From contig OZ024743.1 of NCBI GenBank assembly GCA_964016885.1, positions 224,936,001 to 225,000,000 on the forward strand: a stretch of DNA of 64,000 bases. Reading direction: 5' to 3'. The notes beneath the pieces were generated by a model that made no database searches, was not told the origin of the DNA, and worked only from the letters and a program-made list of their open reading frames with translations. The stretch's first letter is position 1; each line of letters begins with the position of its first letter. Origin of the DNA: Eledone cirrhosa (lineage: Eukaryota). This document shows positions 1 to 12,625 of this stretch, in pieces. The translations under genes and the position numbers were made by a program.

Positions 1-247
1 TGAGGTGGTATGCACATGTGATGCACATGGGTGGAAGAAGTGCCAGGAAATGCCAGTTGAAGGAAGACGTGTTAGAGGTAGACCACGAAAAACATGGGCG
101 GAGGTGGTGAGAACAGACCTCAGATCATTGAAGCTCACGGTGGAGATGACGAGGGACCGTGACGAGTGGAGAGATGCTGTGCTGAATAAGACCCGTCCCA
201 GCCTTGCAAGCAGGGAAAAGCGGACGTAAAATGATGATGATGATGAT
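1..247 (+). mobile_element. RTE-clade LINE 3' end (family C), running off the window start
   Basis: Translation VEGRRVRGRPRKTWAEVV...RDRDEWR is an RTE C-terminal motif. The ORF stops directly at cggacgtaaa + (ATG)n tail, followed by (TA)n. Confidence 0.85.
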
Positions 248-360
248 ATACATATATATATATATACATATATACATATATATATATACATATATACATA
301 TATATATAAATATATATATATATACATATATATATAAATACATATATATATATATACATA

Positions 361-790
361 TGACTTGGGATGAGGTGATAAAAGCCGACCTTACCCAATT
401 ACACCTCTCGAAGGCAATGACACACGACCGTGACTTCTGGCGTCACGCAGTAATACAGAGGACCCGACCTCCCATGGGTACAAGCTGAAGCATATAGACA
501 ATATGCCCCCACACCCCCCACCGCAAGGTGGTCGTGGAGGTGCCACGGCAAAAAAGCACCCAGCCCACACTGTAAAGTGGACGTGTAGGCGCCACGAAAA
601 AGCACCTAGCACTCACTGTAAATGAGGTTGGTGTTAGGAAGGGCATCCAGCTGTAGAAATCAAGCCAAATCAGTTCCTGTATGAGCAAGGCATGGTCCTG
701 ACCAGACACTGCCCACAACAGGACAACCCGTCTAACCCATGCTAGCGTGTAAGAACGGATGTAAAACGGTGATGATGATGATGATGATGA
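361..790 (+). mobile_element. RTE LINE family A, 5'-truncated 3' end
   Basis: Near-identical to 18761-19190; ends in an (ATG)n tail; 5' junction lies in (TA)n. Confidence 0.9.
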
Positions 791-886
791 TATAAAATAT
801 AGAGTTATTAACTCATATTGATACCCTGCAATTAACAAGCTCAAAGTATAAATACTGAGCATTATAATATTAATATGTGTAGAAGT

Positions 887-2730
887 CATCATCATCATCA
901 TCACCGTTTTACGTCCGTTCTTCCACGCTAGCATGGGTTAGACGGGTTGTCCTGTTGTGTGCAGTGTCTGGTCGGCTGACCATGCCTTGCTCATACAGGA
1001 ACTGATCTGGCTTGATTTCTACAGCTGGATGCCCTTCCTAACACCAACCTCATTTACAGTGAGTGCTGGGTGCTTTTTCGTGGCGCCTACACGTCCACTT
1101 TACAGTGTGGGCTGGGTGCTTTTTTGCCGTGACACCTCCACGACCACCTTGCGGTGGGGGTTGTGGGGGCATATTGTTTATATGCTTGTACCCATGGGAG
1201 GTCGGGTACTCTGTATCACTGCGTGACGCCAGAAGTCACGGTCGTGTGTCATTGTCTTTGAGAGGTGTAGTTGGGTAAGGTCGGCTTTTATCACCTCATC
1301 CCAGGTCATCTTGGGTCTCCCCACTCCGCGGTTTCCATCAACTTCTAGTGCTCTGCACCTTTTTATGCAGCTGTCATCCTTCATACGCATCACATGTCCA
1401 TACCAGCGCAACCGCCTCTCCTGCACACAGCATTTGATTCCTCTTATGCTCAGTCTCTCTCTCAATTCATTTATGCTTTGTCGTTCACGTATATTACTGT
1501 TACACATCCATCGGAGCATGCAGGCTTCGTTTCTCTCTAATCTACGTAAGTCTTCCACCTTCAGCGCCCAGGTCTCACTACCATGCAACATCGCTGTTCG
1601 GATACACGCATCATACAGTCTGCCTTTCATTCTGAGGGAGAAGCCTTTTGCAGCTAGCAGTGGTAGTAGTTCCCTAAACTTCTTCCATACCGTTCTTACC
1701 CTAGTTATTGTACTTTCTGAACACCCACCTCCGTTGCTAATTTGGTCACCTAGGTAGCAGAAGCTGTCTACTGTTTCTACAGGGCCCTCCCAGAGATTGG
1801 TGGTACTTGTTTCCTGTGGCTGTTTGCTGCTTGCTGTTTCAGCACAGCTGCTACATGTGAATCCTACATTCTTAATTAAGCTTCCTGAGATCCCGCTACA
1901 TCTCTTGTGTACCCATTGTTTGCATTTGGGGCAGAGAATGGAGTTCCTACCTACACCTTTCCTACATACTGAGCAAGGCCATTTCCCTGAGGGGATCTGG
2001 GTTCTGTTTTCTCGTCTACTTACAAGGACCTTAGTCTTTGTCATGTTGACTTTGAGACCCTTTCTTTCTAGTCCCTGCTTCCAGGTTTGGAATTTATTCT
2101 CTAGTTCTACCATAGATTCAGCTATGAGTGCGAGGTCATCAGCATACAGGAGTTCCCATGGGCATCCGGTCTTAAACTCCTCCGTTATTGCCTGCAGGAC
2201 TATGATGAACAGGAGAGGGCTAAGAACAGAGCCCTGGTGGACCCCAACCTGTACGCTAAATTCCTCGCTATACTCATTGTTAATCCTAACTTTGCTGACT
2301 GCTCCCCTATACATGGCTTGTACCGCTTTCACAAGCCATTCATCTACTCCTAGTTTTCTAAGAGCCCACCAGATTACCGCACGTGGAACTCTGTCAAAGG
2401 CTTTCTCAAGGTCGACAAATGCCAAGTAGAGTGGCTTACTTTTAGCTAGGTACTTTTCCTGTAATTGGCTCACAAGGAAGAGGGCATCAGTGGTGCCTCT
2501 TCCTGGTACAAACCCAAATTGCATCTCGTCTATTTTCACCCGGTCCCTAATCAGCTGTGCTATAACTCTTTCTGTTACTTTCATGACCTGGTCCATCAAC
2601 TTTATACCTCTATAGTTTCCTCTATCTAGTGCATCGCCTTTACCTTTGTAGCAGTTGACAATGATGCTACTGCACCAATCTTTTGGTATGGCCCCTTCTA
2701 GTATTACCTGGTTAACGATACGTGTGGTTA
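887..2730 (-). mobile_element. RTE LINE family A, 5'-truncated copy
   Basis: (CAT)n tail at 887. RT ORF 1178-2599 is near-identical to 17129-18889. Short AGT/AAGT duplication at the junctions. Confidence 0.93.
1178..2599 (-). CDS. RTE reverse transcriptase (partial) with embedded PHD-like finger
   Basis: Motifs QFGFVPGRGTTD, FVDLEKAFDRV, GVHQGSVLSP, LYADDL; CSVC...CPKC..WVHKRC...CSSC. Confidence 0.9.
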   Translation of the reverse strand: MMDQVMKVTERVIAQLIRDRVKIDEMQFGFVPGRGTTDALFLVSQLQEKYLAKSKPLYLAFVDLEKAFDRVPRAVIWWALRKLGVDEWLVKAVQAMYRGAVSKVRINNEYSEEFSVQVGVHQGSVLSPLLFIIVLQAITEEFKTGCPWELLYADDLALIAESMVELENKFQTWKQGLERKGLKVNMTKTKVLVSRRENRTQIPSGKWPCSVCRKGVGRNSILCPKCKQWVHKRCSGISGSLIKNVGFTCSSCAETASSKQPQETSTTNLWEGPVETVDSFCYLGDQISNGGGCSESTITRVRTVWKKFRELLPLLAAKGFSLRMKGRLYDACIRTAMLHGSETWALKVEDLRRLERNEACMLRWMCNSNIRERQSINELRERLSIRGIKCCVQERRLRWYGHVMRMKDDSCIKRCRALEVDGNRGVGRPKMTWDEVIKADLTQLHLSKTMTHDRDFWRHAVIQSTRPPMGTSI

Positions 2731-2870
2731 AGTAAACACAGTAAACCCATGTCTAAAATTACGAGGGTAGATTACACCACAAATGTTATATATCTTTCAA
2801 CCTGAATCATATGGGATGTTACAAGATTTCTTACAAGATTTCTCATACATACCATATCAATAACCATTTC

Positions 2871-2962
2871 ATCTCCCGGACAGACTAAAGATTTAATCTG
2901 TTTCACCCTGAATGAATCGTGTTTGTAACAAGTAATCCGTAGGCATTTCGTCAGCAGGAGAT
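2871..2962 (-). ncRNA. Type I hammerhead ribozyme, complete stems
   Basis: Minus strand reads atctcctg-CTGACGA-[43-nt imperfect stem II]-GAAA-cagattaa-atct-ttagtctg-TC-cgggagat. 8-bp stem I, 8-bp stem III, GUC triplet. Confidence 0.75.
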
Positions 2963-3229
2963 AAGATTAAATGTTACATAACACCTATAACGATAAACTC
3001 AGTAAAGTTTACACCACGTGCGTTGAATGGTTATTGATATGGTATGTATGAGAAATCTTGTAAGAAATCTTGTAACATCCCATATGATTCAGGTTGAATG
3101 ATATATAACATTTGTGGTGTAATCTACCCTCATAATTTTAGACACGGGTTTACTGTGTTTACTTCTACACATATTAATATACATATACATATATATATAT
3201 ATACATATACATATATATATACATATACA

Positions 3230-3345
<116 letters not shown>

Positions 3346-3360
3346 CATATATATATATAC

Positions 3361-3409
<49 letters not shown>

Positions 3410-3453
3410 CATATACATATATATATACATATATATATATATACATATATATA

Positions 3454-3802
3454 TTTCATTCATTCATTCATTCATTTCATTTACGTCCGCTTTTTCCCTG
3501 CTTGCAAGGGTGGAACGGAAACTGATTCTTGCTTGATTTCTACAGCTGCATGCCCTTCCTAACACCAACCTCATTTACAGTGAGTGCTGGGTGCTTTTTT
3601 GCTGTGGCACCTGCACGACCACTTTGCAGTGGAATGATAGGGAACCCAGTCCCTATCAACTCATTTCTACAGCTGAGTAAACTGGAGCAATGTAAAATAA
3701 AGTGTCTTGCTCAAGGAAACAACACATCACCCGGTCTGAGAATTGAACTCACAACCTTTCGATTGCAAGGCCAATGCTCTAACCACTAAGCCATGTGTCT
3801 CC
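3454..3802 (-). mobile_element. tRNA-derived SINE with CORE-like body and RTE family C tail
   Basis: A box tggcttagtgg, B box gagttcaattc, ccttgagcaagacact block; 3' end gcaagcagggaaaaagcggacgtaaa matches 205-230. Second copy at 29931-30275. Confidence 0.85.
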
Positions 3803-3823
3803 ATATATATATATACATATATA

Positions 3824-4432
3824 TGGTGGCTGCCAACTCGTTTTCGAGTACGGCCACTACTTTATATCCATGTAGGAGAATCCCTACCGATGCGTTGAAC
3901 AAGTGTGACTTTTTAGTCAAGCCAGCGACTTGAAAACTCTGGTACAAACACTAAACTTGGGACAATCATTGATACATAGTGCTGGGCCCATGGTACCATG
4001 TGACGAAAAGTGCAGAGAGATCTCCATATATAAAGCAATGCCTGTGCCGTGAAGCTTTTATAGTGAGCAAAGGCACTGCACAAAGCCAGTTCCACTCTCT
4101 TAACCAAGATGATATTTACCAAAAAGAAGAACAAGTCAACATCATTGGATACCATCAGGGTTGCAGGTGTTATATCAGAGTTATCCGACTCGTAGAATTC
4201 TGCCTTGACAAAGACTAAGGGGTTATCTCTCCCGGTGATTTTGGATGGCCATTGACTCTTAAGAGCTCCTTTTCCCTTTGACAGGCTTTGTTTTTAGTCC
4301 TGCAGGATGTCCAAAGACACCCTCCTCGCCAAGAAACCTTGGTGGGGTTGCCAGTTTAGTCGCCAAAGACCCGACCATGAGACAGGTTGTACTGGGATAC
4401 ATGTTACCAGTAGCATCAACTGGTGACCTGAC
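3824..4432 (-). mobile_element. Bipartite non-autonomous RTE-BovB-like derivative (~600 bp)
   Basis: 5' part resembles the RTE 5'UTR at 28800-28935. 3' part carries a zinc-finger remnant and a terminus like 20999-21030. Paralog at 48312-48916. Confidence 0.75.
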
Positions 4433-4481
4433 ATACATACGTACATACATACATACAAACATACATACATACATACATACG

Positions 4482-4513
<32 letters not shown>

Positions 4514-4774
4514 TATATATACATATATATAGTATTTACGTATCGAGAAAGAGAAAAAAAGGGGGGATAGGTGATACATATAGTTATTTGCCAAGTAGCG
4601 TATGCCAAAGGTGCTCGATACTAGTACCGGCAGTATTAAATATTCAAAGTGTTAATATTTAGTGGGCTAGAGAGTTAGCAGAGCGTAAGCACGTGGGAAA
4701 GTAAAAAATCGGAGAATAACCGTTAAAACATGTTTATTTAAAATATCACCTACGTACGTTTCGCCCAGGTCATA

Positions 4775-6717
4775 AATTGGTTCACCGAGTTGCAGGATAA
4801 AGCCACCCTGAAATTCATCCAGTTTGATATAGATAGCTACTACGCCTCTATCTCCCCCATACTCTTAAATAAGGCACTTATCTTAGCTAGATCTAACACT
4901 AGCCTCACTAAAAAAGAAATAGACATAATTCTAGCGGTACGTAGAACCATTATCCAGTTCGAAGCCTCCCACTGGACCAGAACCAACCGTCCTGATAACT
5001 TCGATGTCACGATGGGGTCCAGTGACTCAGCGCAAGCAACTGACCTGGTTGGGATATACCTCCTACATAAGCTTAGGGAAGAAATACAAGGAGGTGTATA
5101 TAGGGACGACGCCCTGTTTACCGTTAGGAACCATAGCCCCCGTAGGATAGAGAACCTTAACAAACATATACACAGGTTCTTTAAGTCATACGGCCTATCC
5201 GTAACTATGGACCTCAACCACAGGGTTGTCAACTTCCTGGACGTGACCCTGGAGTTGAGTACGGGCTTATACAAGCCATACCATAAGCCTGGAGAGTGCC
5301 TCTCTTATATTAATTATGCCTCCAACCACCCTAAGCAGACTCTCAACTCCATAGTATCTCACATAGAATCTCGAGGCTATCCGCCAATGAGGATATCTTC
5401 AACCAAGCGGCTGATTACTACAATAGGGCCCTGATAAGCGCCGGCTTTAACCGAGGAATTTCCTACATCCCTAACGCTAGCTCTAGAAACCACCCCCCTC
5501 ATAAAACTAACGTTATAGTAAGCCATACCTATAACCGATCACGCGGCGACCTCGTTGAAGTCGGATATAATAGAATAGATAACCGCACCAAAGATCACGT
5601 CCCCGGCGACGGTGAACATTGTAGATTACTCAAACTATTCCCCTATTACAAAACCAACAAAGGCGACGGCCTACTACCAACGCCTTCCAACCAACATCTT
5701 CGAGTACATAAACATGGAAGAGGTAGAAAGAGTGCACCCGAGCATAAAGTGAAAGGGGCACCGAACGGGCGACTGCGCATTAACACACATAAGAGCGGTC
5801 ACTTAGATGGAACCACCCGTAGCAAAAGTACAAGGACACGTAATCGCCACCGTAACGTCCTATGGTTCCACCCCCCCTACTCTCGGAGTGTGACCTCCAA
5901 CATACCCCGGATATTCTTCGAAGCCTTAGAGAAGAACTTCCCACCCAACCATAGGTATAGAAAAATTCTTAATAGGAACAATATAAAAATATCCTTCTCT
6001 ACTACTCCTAACCTAGCAGACATCATAGGAACAACGAACCACAGTAAGATCACCAAGACACAGCACCTCGACACAGACGCACCTACACCTGACAATAACT
6101 ATATCGGCCTTAACAACTCCCTGGCAGCATCCAATAGTGTTGGCAACGGCATCCGCAGACGCAACCAGAATGACCGCAAAGTGACTGGGGAACATGCAGA
6201 ACATGACGTGCGGAATAACAATCGCACCATCCCACGTGCTGTGGGTTGTAATTGTGCTAACGACAGCTGCGGTAGCGTAGGTAACAACGTGGGCAGCAAC
6301 AATGATAGCCTTACCGTGGGAAATAGACGGAACCGCAACAGAGGACGCTGCCCCCTTAGATGATACTGCTTGACTGATAGGGTTATATATAGATGCACTA
6401 TTACTAGCCACAATAGCGTTAAACATTATATAGGGGCCACCTCCGGCCCGTTCAAAATTAGGTTTCGAACACATCTCCACTCTTTCACAAATAGAAAACT
6501 AAGGCACTCCACTTCGCTCGCGGACTACGTCACATCACTAAAGGACTTAAACATCAGCTTCTCCACGCACTGGGAGATTGTCGGCAGGGCTGCACCATAC
6601 AACTTCAAGAGGAAATGCGATCTTTGCCTCATGGAGCTCTACCACATCATAACTGCACCCCACGAGCTCATCAACAGCAGAGCTGAAACAGCGATAAGTT
6701 GTACACATCGCTTATAA
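4775..6717 (+). pseudogene. PLE RT + linker + GIY-YIG endonuclease; one frameshift (~5364) and one in-frame TGA (6361)
   Basis: QFDIDSYY, MGSSDSAQ, YRDDA, FLDVTL; WFHPPYS...NIKISFS; VIYRC...YIGAT...FKIRFRTHLHSF; CDLCLME. Confidence 0.88.
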
Positions 6718-7046
6718 ATATCCTTCTTTAGATGGGTTAAGGATGAAGAGTGAAATAGTATACTGGATCTCCCTGCAACAAGTCTTAACACCCCGGCGGG
6801 CAGGCACTGCAAAATAACACCCAGAAAACAATCCTTGCATACCAGACCCAGCCTCAGAAAAACGGATGCGGCAAAAAAAAAAAAAAAAGAAAAAAAAATT
6901 ATCCGGGAAAGACTGCCCTGACACCGACCAGAGTTACCTCCCTTGACCTGCTGCAAAATCAAAACAAGATATTTTTGCAAGCAATGAATCTTGATGTAGA
7001 TTTAACCCCCAGAACTCTTTCCGAACTATATATGGAACACTTGTGA

Positions 7047-7106
7047 TTATTTATGCCCTTGAGAAGCCCAACTGGGCGAAACGTACGTAGGTGATATTTT
7101 AAATAA
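7047..7106 (+). ncRNA. Minimal type I hammerhead, U3-A8 variant core
   Basis: ccc-TTGAGAA-gccca-ac-tgggc-GAAA-cgtacg-TA-gg. Palindromic stem III (acgtacgt). Distal ttattta/taaataa pairing; proximal stem I is weak. Confidence 0.65.
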
Positions 7107-7220
7107 ACATGTTTTAACGGTCTATTCTCCGATTTTTTACTTTCCCACGTGCTATATACATATATATATATATATATATATACATATATATATACATATA
7201 TATATGTATATTATATATAT

Positions 7221-7702
7221 AGAAAAACCTGGGACGACTTGATAAATTCCGACCTCACACACCTCTCCAAGACAATGTCACTGGACCGAGATCTTTAGCG
7301 GTACTCAGTAATAGAGAAGACCCGCCTTACCTAAATACAAAGTAAAACCTACTACAGTCAGTAGGCACCTCTAACAAAATACACCCCCGTCCCACTACCC
7401 CACCCCATCCAGACTGCCCCTTTCAATGTAAAGTTATGTTGGTGCCACACCATCCAGGCCGAAACAAATGAGATCGTGTAGGTGTCACGACAAAAAAACA
7501 CACAGTCCACGCTGTAATGTGGCCGTGTAGGTAACACGGTAAAAACCTCCCAGTTCCACACTGTAAATGTGGTTGGTGTTAGGAAGGGCATCCAGCCGTA
7601 GAAAACCCGCCAGACCGTCCTATGCGAGCAAGACAACCACTCTTGCCTCAAGTGGGAAAACTCCCGTCCAAACCCATGCAAGCGTGGAATACGGACGTTA
7701 AA
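7221..7702 (+). mobile_element. RTE LINE family B 3' fragment
   Basis: RKTWD...DRDL...KTRLT coding end plus 3'UTR ending cggacgttaaa; homologous to 33173-33690. Confidence 0.88.
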
Positions 7703-7732
7703 TATATATATGTATATATATATGTATATATA

Positions 7733-8303
7733 TCATCATCATCATCAACGTTTAACGTCCGTGTTCCACACTTGCATGGGTTTGGACGGGGGTATTCCCA
7801 CTTGAGGCAAGAGTGATTGTCTTGCTCGCATAGGACTGTCTGGCAGGTTTTCTACAGTTGGATGCCCTTCCTAACACCAACCACATTTACAGTGTGGGTC
7901 TGGGAGGTTTTTACCGTGTTGCCTACACGGCCACATTACAGCGTGGACTGTGTGTTTTTTTGTCGTGACACCTACACGATCTCATTTGTTTCGGCCTGGA
8001 TATTGTGGCACCAACATAACTTTACATAGAAGGGGGTGGTGTGGATGGGGTGGGGGTGGTGGGACGGGGAGTATTTTGTTAGAGATGCCTACTGGCTGTA
8101 GTAGGTTTTACTATGTATTTAGGTAAGGCGGGTCTTCTCTATTACTGAGTACCGCCAAAGGTCTCGGTCCAGTGACATTGTCTTGGAGAGGTGTAAGTGT
8201 GTGAGGTCGGAGTTTATCAGCTCGTCCCAGGTTTTTCTAGGTCTGCCTATTCCGTGGCTACCATCTATCTTTATTGTCCTGCACTTTGTTATACAGCTAT
8301 CGA
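7733..8303 (-). mobile_element. RTE LINE family B 3' fragment
   Basis: (CAT)n tail; DSCITKCR...[14 protein letters not shown]; near-identical to 33173-33755. Confidence 0.9.
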
Positions 8304-9305
<1,002 letters not shown>

Positions 9306-9433
9306 GTAGGAGGTGAGTTTTATTGTAGTACAATAAAGCAATGCAGATATTGGATAAGAAGCACTCTACAGTTTGTAGGACTGGAGTATACATAATATAT
9401 AAGAACAAAAGATGGTTAAAAGAGTTCCATGTA

Positions 9434-9500
9434 TTTTATTATGCGCATTTCAAAAACAAATATCATCATGCAATAATATTTGTGTTTTCATCAGATAAAA
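9434..9500 (-). ncRNA. Minimal type I hammerhead (PLE-2 inverted pLTR)
   Basis: Reverse complement of 10867-10933. Confidence 0.75.
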
Positions 9501-10866
9501 CAGGAAGACATGATATGAAGGTTAAAAAACACTTGTGGATAGTTCAGTTTTATATCAACATATGAGAAGTAGTTTTAGATTGATGTGTGATATTGGGAAA
9601 AAATATTTTATTTAGAGGGGTGGGTGGGTGGTGGAAAGGATGAATAAGAGGAGATAAGAGTAAAGAGTGGCTCCACTTCCACCTCTTTTAAAGCTCGTCT
9701 TTATAACCATCATTCGTCTTTTAAATACAAACTTAAAAGAACCAACACGGCTCTCTCAGAACTCATATGGTCCTTGAAAGACAAAAATATTAAATATACC
9801 ATCTTTTGGAAGAAGGTTTCTTCTGCGTCTTCATACTTGAACAGTTCTCTATCCAAAATTTGCAATCTCTGTCTAAATGAAAAATTACCATTATTTCTAA
9901 TTTAGATTCTATAATAAATAGACGCACTGACTTGTTTTCTATCTGCTTGCATAAATTCCATAAAACATTTCACAAAGTATACAGCTAATATTCAATTCTT
10001 TATCAATTTAGAATCTTTTTCTCAAAGGCACACATATATATATATATATACACTTCTTTTAAAAATATACCCATCTTTCTACCTTATTTCAAAGGTTATT
10101 ATACATTCTATAATACTTGTTACTCATTCTACATCGCTCCTATTTATCACTTCCCTTTCTTCTCTTCTTCTTTTAATGTCTAACCCCTAATCTGTACCTT
10201 TTCTCACTCTTGCCTAACATAGAATCAATTATTACATAATACAATACATTCTTACTCTATATCAACTTGTAAAAATCCTTCGTAAACATATACATTTTTT
10301 TGACGTTACATTATTCATCCTCAATTCATTATTCTTTTCTCCCTTTCATCTAACTCATTCATGCTCATCTCACAATATTTCCTTACTTAAATAACCTGTT
10401 GTTCCTTTTAATAATACATATCAACATTTTCTTAACATCGCACATATTATTAAACCCTTAAATATTACTCTCAATACATATTAACATTTTCTTTTTCATC
10501 GCACATATTATCAAACCCCTCAATATACAAACCTTAACTTTACATTATTTTTCTCTTCGTTAATTTTCAAATTCTTTTAATTTATACATTATCTGCCAAG
10601 GCTTTCAACCTCTCTATGTAAAACAATATATCTTTCTCAGTTATAAAAGCTATCTTTCTCTCTCTATCACCCATCTCTCCTCCTATCTTATCCTTCTTCA
10701 TTATACTCCTCCCTCTCCACTCTCATCTCCTCTTTTTCACCCCCCCCCCCCTCTAAATAAAGTATTTTTCCCAATATCACACATCAATCTGAAACTACTT
10801 CTCATATGTTGATTTAAAACTGAACTATCGACAAGTGTTTTTTAACCTTCATATCATGTCTTCCTG

Positions 10867-10933
10867 TTTTATCTGATGAAAACACAAATATTATTGCATG
10901 ATGATATTTGTTTTTGAAATGCGCATAATAAAA
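10867..10933 (+). ncRNA. Minimal type I hammerhead (PLE-2 pLTR)
   Basis: ttttat-CTGATGA-aaacacaaatat...atatttgttttt-GAAA-tgcgca-TA-ataaaa. 6-bp stem I, long stem II, palindromic stem III. Confidence 0.8.
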
Positions 10934-10975
10934 TACATGGAACTCTTTTAACCATCTTTTGTTCTAATATATTAC

Positions 10976-11847
<872 letters not shown>

Positions 11848-12330
11848 GCGTCTTCACAGAACTTATGTTTACCGAATTCGCAGACCAGACCCCTTCTTCT
11901 TCCCCCCGTTAGACCTGTGCGAAATTCCTTCCTTGCTCACATTTCAACCAGGTTTGATGGTCTTTTGTCTCTTGTTCACAATTTTATCGAGTTTATATTC
12001 ATAGAAATCTGGGACTTGTCTCTTTCTTCTCACTTTCTGTTGCTTAAACCATTTTGTTTGTTTACCCTAGCGTCCCCCTTATTTACGTGTCCCAACGACT
12101 TTTTTTAGCCGTTGTTCGCACGAACCTGAGGTATATGGCCCTTAAAGCGATGAAATGCCTGGGACGGTTGGAGGGTCACTGATGAAGGACTCACTTTTTC
12201 ATATATATATATATATATATATACATTTATACATGTATATATATATGTATATATATATACATATATATATGTATATATATATATATGTATATATATATAT
12301 GTATATGTATATATATATGTATATATATAT

Positions 12331-12447
<117 letters not shown>

Positions 12448-12448
12448 C

Positions 12449-12538
<90 letters not shown>

Positions 12539-12625
12539 GTATATATATATATATATACGTATATATCTGAAAATATACGTATATATATATATATATACGT
12601 ATATATATATATATATACGTATATA

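Larger units (their letters stand above)
795..3180 (-). mobile_element. Non-coding fold-back element carrying a hammerhead motif (probably a Penelope pLTR derivative), split by an RTE insertion
   Basis: ~155-bp inverted arms: 867-886 + 2731-2868 vs 3026-3180. Hammerhead at 2871-2962. The RTE at 887-2730 interrupts the left arm. Confidence 0.7.
4531..7153 (+). mobile_element. Penelope-like element PLE-1 (Naiad-like), 5'-truncated, with inverted 5' pLTR
   Basis: RT and GIY-YIG coding region; 4689-4768 is the inverse of 7072-7152; both ends lie in TA-rich tracts. Confidence 0.9.
9304..10975 (+). mobile_element. Penelope-like element PLE-2: GIY-YIG 3' end and pLTR, with inverted pLTR at left
   Basis: 9670-9988 encodes GSTSTSFKARLYNHHSSF...CNLCLNEK. 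~9395-9620 is the inverse of ~10748-10970. Same family as 54188-57425. Confidence 0.88.

Noticed and set aside
1311-2429. Antisense ORFs over RT genes (also 17644-18759, 33634-34575, 40209-42177)
   Set aside because: Shadow frames of the LINE ORFs.
2731-3180. Classical DNA-transposon MITE
   Set aside because: No recognisable superfamily TIR or TSD; the internal hammerhead and one-sided extension fit a PLE-type origin better.
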